From positions 3,894 through 67,893 of the forward strand of contig JARIGO010000008.1 of assembly GCA_029288805.1 (NCBI GenBank): DNA of 64,000 bases, given 5' to 3'. The position numbers and the translations under genes were made by a program. The notes beneath the pieces were generated by a model. The model was not told where the DNA came from. It saw only the letters and a list, made by a program, of their open reading frames with translations, and did not search any database. Below are positions 1 through 8,732 of the stretch, one piece after another. The first letter of the stretch is position 1; every line of letters starts with the position of its first letter. The stretch is from Candidatus Nomurabacteria bacterium. Lineage in GTDB: Bacteria > Patescibacteriota > Minisyncoccia > Phycocordibacterales > UBA9973.

Positions 1-253
1 AAGCACCATCTGTTTTCTTGAACTGATGCACGTGCGCAATTTCTGAAGTATATGCTTCCACGCGCCCCAGCAAACACAGCTCGTCGTTCATGACAAACGG
101 ACAGGGGTTATATACGGTCTCATCTTCACTAATGCCTTCAAAGTTCAAAATACAAGAACGTGGAGCAATACCCTGCGGCGCCTTTCCTTCAAGCAATTCA
201 TAACTCCATGCTTCTGGGTACGATTCTTCTTTAAATAATGGAAATGTCTTCAT
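1..253 (-). CDS. Partial CDS running off the window, DUF1861/MTP-like (GH130-related) protein
   Basis: Translated by hand from ATG at 253: MKTFPLFKEE...LNFEGISEDETVYNPCPFVMNDELCLLGRVEAYTSE; VYN-x-x-PF and GRVE motifs resemble DUF1861. Confidence 0.55.
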   Translation of the reverse strand, partial: MKTFPLFKEESYPEAWSYELLEGKAPQGIAPRSCILNFEGISEDETVYNPCPFVMNDELCLLGRVEAYTSEIAHVHQFKKTDGA

Positions 254-295
254 ATGTTTATAATATAAAAGTACGTACAGCGTGTCTATTTAATT

Positions 296-357
296 TCTCT
301 CACGCACAAAGCAAAAATGCCTAGAATTCTAGGCATTTTTGCTTTGTGCGTGAGAGA
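296..357. repeat. Perfect 62-bp palindrome overlapping the 3' end of tRNA-Leu
   Basis: tctctcacgcacaaagcaaaaatgcctagaa|ttctaggcatttttgctttgtgcgtgagaga, centre 326/327. Confidence 0.9.
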
Positions 358-430
358 GGACTTGAACCTCCAAGGGATTGCTCCCGCTACCACCTCAAGG
401 TAGTGCGTCTACCAGTTTCGCCACCCACGC
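347..430 (-). tRNA. tRNA-Leu(GAG)
   Basis: GCGTGGG...CTACC-TTGAGGT-GGTAG, long variable arm, GGTTCAAGTCC T-arm; CCA not encoded. Confidence 0.95.
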
Positions 431-472
431 AGGTGTAAGGACAACTATAACAAATATTCTCTATGAAGCAAC

Positions 473-498
473 AAGCCGTTCCCTTTCGGGAACGGCTT
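473..498. terminator. Hairpin terminator downstream of rplS
   Basis: aagccgttccc-tttc-gggaacggctt. Confidence 0.7.
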
Positions 499-503
499 GG
501 ATC

Positions 504-917
504 TTATTCTTCTGAAGATGTAGCTTCTGGTGCCTCTTCTGTGATCTTTTCGCCAGTAGCGGCAACTCCGAGAGGAATGCGCTTCATCTTGCGGCGAACT
601 TCCTTAGCAGCCTTATCGCGGATGTAGTACAACTTTGAGCGACGAGTCTTAGCGCGCTTTGTCACTTCGATTTTGTCGATCAATGGTGAGTACAAAGGAA
701 AGATACGTTCTACACCGACACTGTTTGAAACCTTACGAACAGTGAATGTAGCAGATGGAGATGTACCGTGCTTGCGAGCGAGTACCAAACCTTCAAATGC
801 CTGAAGACGGTATTTTCCTTTATCTTCAATTTTTGACCACACGCGAACTGTGTCACCAGAGGTGAATTCAATTGCCTTGCGGGCTTCAATATCTATTGGA
901 GTAAATGCGATTGCCAT
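504..917 (-). CDS. rplS: 50S ribosomal protein L19
   Basis: [40 protein letters not shown] motifs; start moved to MAIAF (917). Confidence 0.97.
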   Translation of the reverse strand: MAIAFTPIDIEARKAIEFTSGDTVRVWSKIEDKGKYRLQAFEGLVLARKHGTSPSATFTVRKVSNSVGVERIFPLYSPLIDKIEVTKRAKTRRSKLYYIRDKAAKEVRRKMKRIPLGVAATGEKITEEAPEATSSEE

Positions 918-933
918 ACAGGACAGAACTTTA

Positions 934-1653
934 TCACGCATTCCCGTATTTTGCAAGAGCCTTCTGGAAGTCCTCCGGATACGGTGCCTCAACGGTTATT
1001 TCCTGGTCTGTACGGTCAAAAAAGCTGATTTTTCGGGCATGGAGCGCCAGTCTTTGGAAACCGAGTGCCAAAGGCTTGCTTGGGCCATAGAGACTGTCTG
1101 CCACGATTGGACGCTGCAGGTACTTCATGTGGACACGGAGCTGGTGGGTGCGTCCGGTCTTTGGGAAAAGGTGCATAAATGAAAACTTCTCACTCTGCTC
1201 ATCCTCGAACTGCTGCACTGCCTGCCATCGCGTTACGGCCTCGCGCATTTCTCCTCGCGCTCCCCGTCCTGCATGCCACCGTCTGAAGTCATTGGCATTG
1301 CGACCAATCGGCTCATCGACAATTCCTACGGACTCTTTGAAATGCCCCCACACAAATGCGTGGTACTCCTTTTGTGTATCACGATCCTGAAACTGCTTTT
1401 TCAAATGCTCAAACATTTCCTGAGTCTTGGCTATGACCAATGCGCCTGATGTATCTTCATCCAAACGATGCACGATTCCTGGTCGTTCTACACCGTTTTG
1501 CGCCTCTCCTACTCCGGCAATCCCCGGTCGCTCTTTCAAAATCCAGTCCACCAGAGTTGGCTTCGTAGTCTTGCCGTCAGAGTGAACCATTAGCCCAGCT
1601 GGCTTATTGATAACCATACAATCATCATTTTCGAATAAAATAGGGATTTCCAT
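934..1653 (-). CDS. RluA/RluD-family pseudouridine synthase
   Basis: [30 protein letters not shown] motifs. Confidence 0.95.
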   Translation of the reverse strand: MEIPILFENDDCMVINKPAGLMVHSDGKTTKPTLVDWILKERPGIAGVGEAQNGVERPGIVHRLDEDTSGALVIAKTQEMFEHLKKQFQDRDTQKEYHAFVWGHFKESVGIVDEPIGRNANDFRRWHAGRGARGEMREAVTRWQAVQQFEDEQSEKFSFMHLFPKTGRTHQLRVHMKYLQRPIVADSLYGPSKPLALGFQRLALHARKISFFDRTDQEITVEAPYPEDFQKALAKYGNA

Positions 1654-1682
1654 GGCTGTAGACTACACCAAAATAGTGAAAT

Positions 1683-1711
1683 TTGACAGTATTGTGATGA
1701 GACGGTAAGGT
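1683..1711 (+). promoter_or_regulatory. sigma70-type promoter of the 1732 ORF
   Basis: TTGACA-N17-TAAGGT. Confidence 0.6.
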
Positions 1712-1731
1712 AAGGAAAAAATTATTTGTTC

Positions 1732-1974
1732 ATGACTACAATTACAGACGAGAAACCAACCGCGAGATTAGTTCTCACGGGAAAACGCCCCCACGTTACC
1801 CATTACAGCCCCAGCCAACAATTTATCCGGGAAAGAGCTGATGCAAAAAAGAGGAAGGAGCGTATACGCCAAGTACGCATCGCCAAAATCTTTGGCTCGG
1901 TCAAAAAGCTCAAACTCAAAAGGCCCACATGGTTCAATATCTCAAAATTCTACTCCCATGCGCATCATCGTTGA
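1732..1974 (+). CDS. Small, highly basic hypothetical protein
   Basis: 80-aa K/R-rich ORF with its own upstream promoter; no family recognised. Confidence 0.55.
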   Translation: MTTITDEKPTARLVLTGKRPHVTHYSPSQQFIRERADAKKRKERIRQVRIAKIFGSVKKLKLKRPTWFNISKFYSHAHHR

Positions 1975-1990
1975 TGCCTATGGGATTTTT

Positions 1991-2620
1991 TTATATAAGG
2001 TCTTTTAGCTGATCAAGGCTATCGATCTGTTTCCAAGCTAGTGGTTCCAATTCTTTATTGGCACCAAGCAGCACGCCTTTTGTTATCTTGAACAATTCCG
2101 TGTCATTTCCCCCATCTGCTACTTCGATCACTTCGGAAATTTCGTAATCATTTTTCAAGCAGAACTCCTTTAGCAGCAAAAGCTTTGCTTCGCGCTCATC
2201 GCCACTTGTTTCAATATCGACAAGCTCATCCTCGTCATTAAATACGGCCTTGTTTGTTGAGAACCATTCACCAATACCGAGACGCGCTGCAAATGATTTT
2301 GCCATGGCATCGATACCACCTGAGATCATGATAACGTGATAGTCTTTTTCTTTTGCATCCTTGATGGCAGCCTCAGCCTCTGGACGAAACTCCATATCCT
2401 CAGCAGTCTGAGCGATATCTTTTTTGGTAACAACACCATTCTTCTTATAGAGACGGACTAGCTCCATGATCCAATCCTTGTATGGCAAATTCCCTTCCTT
2501 ATATAAATTGAACAACCGAAAGTCATCTTCTGGACTAATACCAAGCCGCGTATTAAAAGCTTCCCATGTAGAAAATGGTGTCAGTGTGCCGTCGAGATCA
2601 AAGCAAATAAGTTTTTTCAT
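1991..2620 (-). CDS. HAD-superfamily hydrolase (SerB-like, subfamily IB)
   Basis: FDLDGTL motif I, ISGG motif II, K, ADGGND motif IV. Confidence 0.9.
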   Translation of the reverse strand: MKKLICFDLDGTLTPFSTWEAFNTRLGISPEDDFRLFNLYKEGNLPYKDWIMELVRLYKKNGVVTKKDIAQTAEDMEFRPEAEAAIKDAKEKDYHVIMISGGIDAMAKSFAARLGIGEWFSTNKAVFNDEDELVDIETSGDEREAKLLLLKEFCLKNDYEISEVIEVADGGNDTELFKITKGVLLGANKELEPLAWKQIDSLDQLKDLI

Positions 2621-2755
2621 ATAGATAAATATAGCATAAAAACTATCTCTAAAAGTGAAATATTTTTAAACGCGCTTCGTATAATTGATCAAACCAAACC
2701 CTTTCCCTATGTTAATATCGCTGATTGTGATGTACGTAGTACGTCGACTTAGAAC

Positions 2756-2792
2756 AAAAAAAGCATGGATATTTTAAATCCATGCTTTTTTC
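2756..2792. terminator. Bidirectional intrinsic terminator
   Basis: aaaaaaagcatggat...atccatgctttttt. Confidence 0.7.
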
Positions 2793-2897
2793 TTTTTGTG
2801 CACTTAAGGGGCGGTACTAAAAACACCCAGAAAGCCCACGCTTTACTTGACGTCAAACTGAGAGATAAGGAAAAGATAAAATCTTTGTCCCCTAGAG

Positions 2898-2970
2898 TGC
2901 GCCCTGAGGGATTCGAACCCCCGACCTTCGCTGTGTAAAAGCGCTGCTCTACCAACTGAGCTAAGAGCGC
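2898..2970 (-). tRNA. tRNA-Val(TAC)
   Basis: GCGCTCTTAGCTCAGTTGGTAGAGC...TTTACAC loop...GGTTCGAATCC; CCA not encoded. Confidence 0.95.
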
Positions 2971-3055
2971 ATATCTTCGTGTGTCCCCTTGTAAGCAGAG
3001 CTTTCCGGGGACCCTGCGTTCGGAAATTCGAAAATAAACTTTCGATTTCTCTCAC

Positions 3056-3130
3056 TGGTGTCCCCGGTAGGAATCGAACCTACATCAAGAGCTTAGAAGT
3101 CTCCTGTTCTATCCATTGAACTACAAGGAC
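3056..3130 (-). tRNA. tRNA-Arg(TCT)
   Basis: GTCCTTGTAGTTCAATGGATAGAAC...CTTCTAA loop...GGTTCGATTCC...ACCA; only tRNA in the window with encoded CCA. Confidence 0.93.
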
Positions 3131-3147
3131 AAAGGAGCCCTGGTACT

Positions 3148-4368
3148 TTACCATCGAGCTTGTATTTTGTGAAGTACGTCCACAATTTTAGTATGGACTG
3201 TCGGAATTGCAATAGCACGAGCTACTCCAAAGCCTACTGCTACTCCGAAGACAAAACTAAAGAATATCTTGCCGGATACCTTCATGGCATGGCGGCGGCG
3301 AAGTGACTGCTGATGACCAAACGGCAACAGGTTTACCGTATGAGGACTAACAAGTGACACGCCAATAGCGGGGCCGTACTTCACTGCTTCCTGCTGCGGA
3401 ATAGCCGGAATGTGTTCATCAAATGAAAAACAGTTCGTCCATACATTTCCCTGCTGCACCGGCACACGAAGACCAACACCGATATAGTCATCAAGCCCTC
3501 GCAATGTACTTCCGATACCAGTAAGGTATACAGTCTCAAGCGCTGGCACGGCAGGATGCGCTGTGCGCCATGCAATATACGTTTCATTAATATGTCGCAC
3601 CACTGATACACAATCATTTACCACAGTATCGAATACTGTGCGAGATGCACCGATAGTCAGACCCTGGTCTTGCTTCAAACGCTGCGCCTCATCAAAGCTA
3701 ACTGATAGTTTGTCAGTAATAGCCTTTGTAATAATGTCGTCCCCAAATGCAAAGTGCATGGTTTGCGCCACTCTGCCATTTACAATAAATGTCATCGAGG
3801 TTACCGCAGTATCGATATTAATAATCAATGCATTCTGCTGCGGCTGTTCCACTGAAAGCAAATCACGACTCAATGCACTGCCTACTGATTCAATTTTTAC
3901 AATCGTAAATCCTGCGCTCTTGAATGCTGAAATAAAATCCTGAGCGATAATTTTTGATATAGCAGTAACCTGAACAACCGTTACGCTGTCATTACCGGCA
4001 ACAGCCTTATATTCATAGATAATATCCTTGGCCTGAAGGCCGAATTCTTTTTCAACCGCCTCCTTAATATACAGTGGTGCAGCGCCTTTCACGGACAAAC
4101 TCAAAGTCTGAATCTGAGGAGAATCCAATACCAGTCTAATAGTATCGAGCTTATGCAGTTTGCGTGTGCTTTTTAAGAAAGTAACGAAGCGAGTCTTGTC
4201 GATAATCTTGCCATTATCAAGACAGCCTTCCGGTACCGCTACCTCAGCAAAACGTTCAGGCAGGACACCGGAACTATGCTGAGTGAGAGAAACAAAACGC
4301 AATGCAGTATCAGTGAGTGTTACTCCTGTCGTATGGTGATGCGGTAGTTGCAAATAGCGTGTGGTCAC
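3148..4368 (-). CDS. pilM: Type IV pilus assembly protein PilM-like (actin fold), with C-terminal TM
   Basis: VPEGCLDNGKI, INIDTAVT, FGDDIITKAI, YLTGIGSTLRGL, AIGVSL, VNLLP pattern. Confidence 0.8.
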   Translation of the reverse strand: MTTRYLQLPHHHTTGVTLTDTALRFVSLTQHSSGVLPERFAEVAVPEGCLDNGKIIDKTRFVTFLKSTRKLHKLDTIRLVLDSPQIQTLSLSVKGAAPLYIKEAVEKEFGLQAKDIIYEYKAVAGNDSVTVVQVTAISKIIAQDFISAFKSAGFTIVKIESVGSALSRDLLSVEQPQQNALIINIDTAVTSMTFIVNGRVAQTMHFAFGDDIITKAITDKLSVSFDEAQRLKQDQGLTIGASRTVFDTVVNDCVSVVRHINETYIAWRTAHPAVPALETVYLTGIGSTLRGLDDYIGVGLRVPVQQGNVWTNCFSFDEHIPAIPQQEAVKYGPAIGVSLVSPHTVNLLPFGHQQSLRRRHAMKVSGKIFFSFVFGVAVGFGVARAIAIPTVHTKIVDVLHKIQARW

Positions 4369-4385
4369 GCAACAAGTATAACGTA

Positions 4386-4742
4386 CTATCGTACCGTTGT
4401 ACCAGGGCTAACTGGTGATTCAGCAACAAGAAAGACCGGTGCGCCATCAATACCGTCCACTGCCATGAGCATGCCGTTTGATTCTAGTCCTCTGATTTTT
4501 CGTGGAGCAAGATTAACAACGAATAGCATTTGTTTGCCGATAAGTTTTTCTGGTTCTGGATACCATTCACGAATAGCTGACAAAATCTGTCGTGGCTGCG
4601 CTTCTCCAAAGTCCAATTCGAAACGAATAAGCTTGTCACTGTCTGGTACAGCTTCTGCTACGAGCACCTTCCCTATCTGCGCTTTGATCTTCTTGAAGTC
4701 TTCTATTGAAATATATTCTTCTGTGTTAGTTTGTTCTTCCAT
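4386..4742 (-). CDS. Stand-alone tRNA-binding OB-fold protein (MetG C-terminal/Trbp111/CsaA-like)
   Basis: ISIEDFKK, DKLI, RQILSAI, NLAPRKIRGLESNGMLMA; start at MEEQ (4742). Confidence 0.9.
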   Translation of the reverse strand: MEEQTNTEEYISIEDFKKIKAQIGKVLVAEAVPDSDKLIRFELDFGEAQPRQILSAIREWYPEPEKLIGKQMLFVVNLAPRKIRGLESNGMLMAVDGIDGAPVFLVAESPVSPGTTVR

Positions 4743-4749
4743 ACTTTTA

Positions 4750-5133
4750 TTATTGCACTCTTTTTGTATCCAGGAAACGTTGCAGGATAATTGCAGCGGC
4801 GGAATCATCCCGACTGCCTGCGGCGGTTTGATAGCGATGCGCCTCTACCGTTGAAAAGCTTTCCTGTTGGAAAAAAATTGGCAGCTGTATTGCTAAGGCC
4901 AATTTTTCCTTAAACCGCTCCGTCATTGGCACGATTTCATTATCTTCCCCATTGGATGCTACTGACTTGCCAATCACGATTGCCTCAATACGCTCCTTCT
5001 GACACAGGTCAGCGATTTCCGTTACGGCATTCTGCGGAGCAATAATAGCCTTTGGGAATGCAAATTCTCCATTGTCATCAGAAATAGCGATTCCTATTCT
5101 TTTCGTACCATAGTCTATGCCAAGGTATTTCAT
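4750..5133 (-). CDS. ruvX: YqgF/RuvX pre-16S rRNA nuclease
   Basis: YLGIDYGTKRIGIAISD, ESFST, DDSAAAIILQRFL. Confidence 0.93.
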   Translation of the reverse strand: MKYLGIDYGTKRIGIAISDDNGEFAFPKAIIAPQNAVTEIADLCQKERIEAIVIGKSVASNGEDNEIVPMTERFKEKLALAIQLPIFFQQESFSTVEAHRYQTAAGSRDDSAAAIILQRFLDTKRVQ

Positions 5134-5136
5134 CTG

Positions 5137-5223
5137 CGGAAGTGGTGAGATTCGAACTCACGGTGCAGTTTCCCACACGACTGTTTTCAAGACAGTTGCC
5201 TTCAACCACTCAGCCACACTTCC
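5137..5223 (-). tRNA. tRNA-Ser(TGA)
   Basis: GGAAGTGTGGCTGAGTGG...ACTGT-CTTGAAA-ACAGT, long variable arm, G discriminator; CCA not encoded. Confidence 0.95.
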
Positions 5224-5338
5224 ATTATTGGACTTCGTTTACTGGTGAAGTTTTTGTACTCTACCATACAAAAAACAGATTTTCAATAACAATTTCCGGC
5301 AGAGATTTTCTTGATACCCTATTTGCCATACTGGCACC

Positions 5339-6448
5339 ATGCACACAATAAAACATGATTACATACGATTTTTATTAGCCGTACTGTTATTTGTTCCGTT
5401 CGCTGTACCCGCTATAGGTTTTGCAGACTATCGATTTAGTGATTTCCAAGGACGACCACCAATTCATACTAACGGCCAGACCACTGCTACCCCACAAGGA
5501 CTCACACCCGCTCAGATCAAGACCGCATACAACCTGCCAACGTCCGGTGGTCATGGCACCATAGCCATTATTGATGTTGGCGCTGACACTACCATCGAAA
5601 ACGACCTAGCAACATTTGATAAGCAATTTGGCCTGGCTCCGTGTACCACTGCCAACAAGTGTTTTGAAAAGCACATGATGGATAGCAGTGCCAAAGACCA
5701 GGGGTGGGGTCTGGAAACAGCATTGGACGTTGAATGGGCACATGCCATTGCACCGGACGCAAAGATATTGCTGGTACAGGCAAAGACTGCCAGCGGAACG
5801 AACCTTATGAATGCTGTGGATTACGCCCGCAACAGAAGTGATGTTACTGCCATATCAATGAGCTGGGGTGGTGATGAATTTTCCGATGAAGCCAATCTTG
5901 ATAGTCATTTCACTAGTCCGTATGGAGCCACATTCTTTGCTTCGTCAGGAGATGAGGGCGCTGGTGCAGAATGGCCTGCAGCATCACCAAATGTCGTAGC
6001 GGTTGGAGGCACCCACCTGACATTTGCAAAAAATGGCACTGTTCTGTACGAGACAGCATGGAGTGGTTCTGGTGGAGGTGTTTCAAAATATGAAAAGGCT
6101 CCATCATACCAAATCGGATACAACATTCCAAAAGCCAAAGGCATGCGTTCTATCCCAGACGTATCGTTGAATGCGGATCCGGACTCAGGATATTCGGTCT
6201 TTAAGGGCACACGATGGTCAACGGTCGGCGGCACTTCAGGCAGTGCGCCAGTATGGGCAGCCATTCAATCACTCGGACTAAGTGTCACTGACAAAAAGTT
6301 ATATGCGGACAAATTCTCGAACAACGACAAGTCGTATTTCCGAGACATCAAAAGCGGTAGCAACGGCAACTGCTCATACTACTGTGTCACTCGAGCAAAC
6401 TATGACTATGTCACTGGACTAGGAAGTCCATTGACGATTCATTTCTAG
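5339..6448 (+). CDS. Secreted S53 (sedolisin/kumamolisin) peptidase
   Basis: Signal peptide; ETALD (catalytic E/D), SSGDEG oxyanion, GGTSGSAP catalytic Ser, YDYVTGLGSP. Confidence 0.9.
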   Translation: MHTIKHDYIRFLLAVLLFVPFAVPAIGFADYRFSDFQGRPPIHTNGQTTATPQGLTPAQIKTAYNLPTSGGHGTIAIIDVGADTTIENDLATFDKQFGLAPCTTANKCFEKHMMDSSAKDQGWGLETALDVEWAHAIAPDAKILLVQAKTASGTNLMNAVDYARNRSDVTAISMSWGGDEFSDEANLDSHFTSPYGATFFASSGDEGAGAEWPAASPNVVAVGGTHLTFAKNGTVLYETAWSGSGGGVSKYEKAPSYQIGYNIPKAKGMRSIPDVSLNADPDSGYSVFKGTRWSTVGGTSGSAPVWAAIQSLGLSVTDKKLYADKFSNNDKSYFRDIKSGSNGNCSYYCVTRANYDYVTGLGSPLTIHF

Positions 6449-6466
6449 AGATGCTATACAGGAGAA

Positions 6467-6847
6467 ATGGCAGATGAAACACAGCAAACAAAAGAAACTT
6501 CAGTTGCAGCAAAGACAGCGACAAAACCCGACCATTTCTCCTTTATTACCAAATTCATTTTATTCGTTCGACAGCAAGGCGTTATCGGTTTGGCCGTAGC
6601 GGTGGTGCTCGGTGGAGCAGTGCAAAAAGTTGTCACTGCATTGGTAACAGATGTTCTTACTCCATTAATCGGCATGATTGTTGGAAATAGCACAAACCTT
6701 GCTACCGCAAGCTTCACTATCGGAAGTTCTAAGTTTTTGTATGGAGACTTCATCAGCAATGTTATGGATTTCTTCATCATTGCATTTGCAGTCTACCTGC
6801 TCGTCAAAGTTATCCATGCAGACATGTTGGATAAGCCGAAAGAATAA
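6467..6847 (+). CDS. mscL: Large-conductance mechanosensitive channel
   Basis: VIGLAVAVVLGGA, LVTDVLTPLIG, YGDFISNVMDFFIIAF. Confidence 0.9.
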   Translation: MADETQQTKETSVAAKTATKPDHFSFITKFILFVRQQGVIGLAVAVVLGGAVQKVVTALVTDVLTPLIGMIVGNSTNLATASFTIGSSKFLYGDFISNVMDFFIIAFAVYLLVKVIHADMLDKPKE

Positions 6848-6861
6848 ACTACAATACTGTC

Positions 6862-7317
6862 ATGAGTACAGTAAGTTGGACAACATTAGAATTTGAACCA
6901 AAAGAAAGACATCAAGACTGGAATTGGTATGCAGGATTGATAGCCGCTATTGTGGCTACCATCGCATTCTTTTACGGTGATGTCTTTTTTGGTATTTTTG
7001 CCGTTATAGCCGGCATCGTTGTCATTATTTACGCTATTCGCCCACCCAAGCACCTTGCCATCGTTATTAATGACAGCGGTGTTTCGGTTAACGAGGAGGT
7101 AATCCCGTACCCTGCCATCCAACAGTTCTGGCTTGACGAAACTGATAAAAACGATAAGCTGTTACTGCTTGTCAAAGGATCATTTGTTCCCATGATAAGC
7201 TTGCCGCTGGAAGGCATATCGGCAGAAACTGTCCGAGCAGCCATGAAGGACCATGCTCCAGAGGTAGAGATGCACGAGTCTCGAAGCCTCAAAATCTTCG
7301 AGCATCTCGGATTTTAA
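6862..7317 (+). CDS. Hypothetical 2-TM membrane protein with PH-like soluble domain
   Basis: W-x-x-x-EF start, two hydrophobic helices, GV-x-VN...Y-x-x-I-x-x-FW. Confidence 0.75.
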   Translation: MSTVSWTTLEFEPKERHQDWNWYAGLIAAIVATIAFFYGDVFFGIFAVIAGIVVIIYAIRPPKHLAIVINDSGVSVNEEVIPYPAIQQFWLDETDKNDKLLLLVKGSFVPMISLPLEGISAETVRAAMKDHAPEVEMHESRSLKIFEHLGF

Positions 7318-7328
7318 AACAATGTATT

Positions 7329-7400
7329 GCTCCCGTCGTTCAATGGATAGGACGTAACTTTGCGGAAGTTATGATGTAGGTTCGATTCCTACCGGGAGCA
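7329..7400 (+). tRNA. tRNA-Arg(GCG)
   Basis: GCTCCCG/CGGGAGC acceptor, TAACT-TTGCGGA-AGTTA anticodon arm, GTAGG-TTCGATT-CCTAC T-arm; CCA not encoded. Confidence 0.92.
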
Positions 7401-7406
7401 CAGAAG

Positions 7407-7440
7407 AAAAAGCCTGATGAAAACAACAATCAGGCTTTTT
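7407..7440 (+). terminator. Intrinsic terminator of tRNA-Arg(GCG)
   Basis: aaaagcctgat...atcaggcttttt. Confidence 0.75.
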
Positions 7441-7448
7441 CATATCTG

Positions 7449-7534
7449 TGTGCTCCCGGTAGGAATCGAACCGGCGGTGCCTATTTTTAAGAAGTGAAAC
7501 GACTATAAAAATAGCGCATCTCGACCAACGGGAG
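7449..7534. repeat. Inverted 24-bp copy of the tRNA-Arg(GCG) 3' end extended into a long imperfect hairpin
   Basis: 7449-7472 is the exact reverse complement of 7379-7402; CTCCCG (7453) pairs with CGGGAG (7529-7534); inner CTATTTTTA/TAAAAATAG stem. Confidence 0.85.
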
Positions 7535-7554
7535 AGGCGATGGCTACCGTTTGT

Positions 7555-7818
7555 CTATGCTACCCCCGCCCACTCCTTCAACTCCTCCATAGTCACCTCT
7601 CCGCACAACCATTTCTTAGTCGTACCATTGAAATAAAACGGCACGCCACCGCAGGCATCGCCCTTATCGAGTTCTTCCACGAATTTCATATTGGATTCAT
7701 TGTGCCAGACTTCCTTACGATTGATCTTCACTTCCGGATAGTCAGCCATAAGCTGGTCGGTAAGCTTTCGCATTCTGTCGCAGTGGGGGCATTCAAGTCC
7801 GTAGAATTCATATAACAT
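7555..7818 (-). CDS. Small thioredoxin/glutaredoxin-fold protein
   Basis: FYGLECPHC, CGGVPFYFN; start moved to MLYE (7818). Confidence 0.85.
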   Translation of the reverse strand: MLYEFYGLECPHCDRMRKLTDQLMADYPEVKINRKEVWHNESNMKFVEELDKGDACGGVPFYFNGTTKKWLCGEVTMEELKEWAGVA

Positions 7819-7832
7819 GAGCGTAGTATAAC

Positions 7833-7858
7833 AAAAAATCCCCATCCGGGGATTTTTT
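7833..7858. terminator. Intrinsic terminator after rpsT
   Basis: aaaaaatcccc-atcc-ggggatttttt. Confidence 0.75.
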
Positions 7859-7860
7859 GA

Positions 7861-8121
7861 CTATTTTTCCTTCGCTACGCGAGAGAGACGAGCCTTTTTG
7901 CGGGCAGCAGTGTTCTTTTTGATCACTCCTTTTTTCGCCGCCTTGTCGATGGCACTGTAGGCCTTTGCGAGTGAAGCCTTGGCATCTGACCATTGCTTTG
8001 CGTGGGCAAGCTTTTCAATAGCTTTTACCCCCTCTTTAAGACCCTTTTTGGTGCGGTCATTCATCGCCTTTTTAGTAAGCGATACGCGATGTGCTTTTTT
8101 TGCGTTTCTGGTGATTGGCAT
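7861..8121 (-). CDS. rpsT: 30S ribosomal protein S20
   Basis: MPITRNAKKA, IDKAAKKGVIKKNTAARKKARL. Confidence 0.96.
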   Translation of the reverse strand: MPITRNAKKAHRVSLTKKAMNDRTKKGLKEGVKAIEKLAHAKQWSDAKASLAKAYSAIDKAAKKGVIKKNTAARKKARLSRVAKEK

Positions 8122-8179
8122 AACAGGCAAAACTATAGCAGATGTACTCCGAAATGACAATACCTGCTATGATACAGGT

Positions 8180-8731
8180 ATGATTGCTCGAATTACCGGC
8201 ACCATAGTGGATATAGTGGAAAAAGGAGTCGTGATCGAAACCAATAATATTGGTTATTTGGTATTTACCCCCTTCCCGCCTGCCCAGCTTGGAGACACTG
8301 TGACATTGCACGCCCATATGGTCATTCGCGACGATGCTCATGAGCTCTACGGCTTTGTTTCTGTCATGGAAAAGGCACTATTTTCTATACTGATCGGCGT
8401 AAGCGGTGTTGGGCCAAAGACTGCCTTACAAATGCTGGCGCTCTATGCCCTTCCAGAACTGGTGCGCTCTATTAAGGATGGCGATGCGAAGGCTATTAGT
8501 ATGGTTCCCGGTATTGGCAAAAAGACTGCCGAAAAAGTTGTCATTGACTTGAAGGACAAGCTTGATGGATTTACCGCTGCAGACAACGGTGTGTCAGGTG
8601 ACCTGCTTGAGGCGTTGCTTTCTCTTGGATATAAGGAACAGGCTATTCGAGTAGCTGTTTCAAATGTAGACGCCACCCTGCCGCTTACAAAGCAAATCAC
8701 CGTCGCTCTACAACTATTAGGAAAACAGTAA
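8180..8731 (+). CDS. ruvA: Holliday junction branch migration protein RuvA
   Basis: MIARITG, IGYLV, LYGF, VSGVGPKTA, VPGIGKKTAEK, ALLSLGY. Confidence 0.96.
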   Translation: MIARITGTIVDIVEKGVVIETNNIGYLVFTPFPPAQLGDTVTLHAHMVIRDDAHELYGFVSVMEKALFSILIGVSGVGPKTALQMLALYALPELVRSIKDGDAKAISMVPGIGKKTAEKVVIDLKDKLDGFTAADNGVSGDLLEALLSLGYKEQAIRVAVSNVDATLPLTKQITVALQLLGKQ

Positions 8732-8732
8732 T

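Noticed and set aside
2749-3055. ORF-track ORFs 2749-2955 and 2843-3055 (also 5142-5351 and the 63732-63812 extension of cca)
   Set aside because: They are translations of tRNA genes
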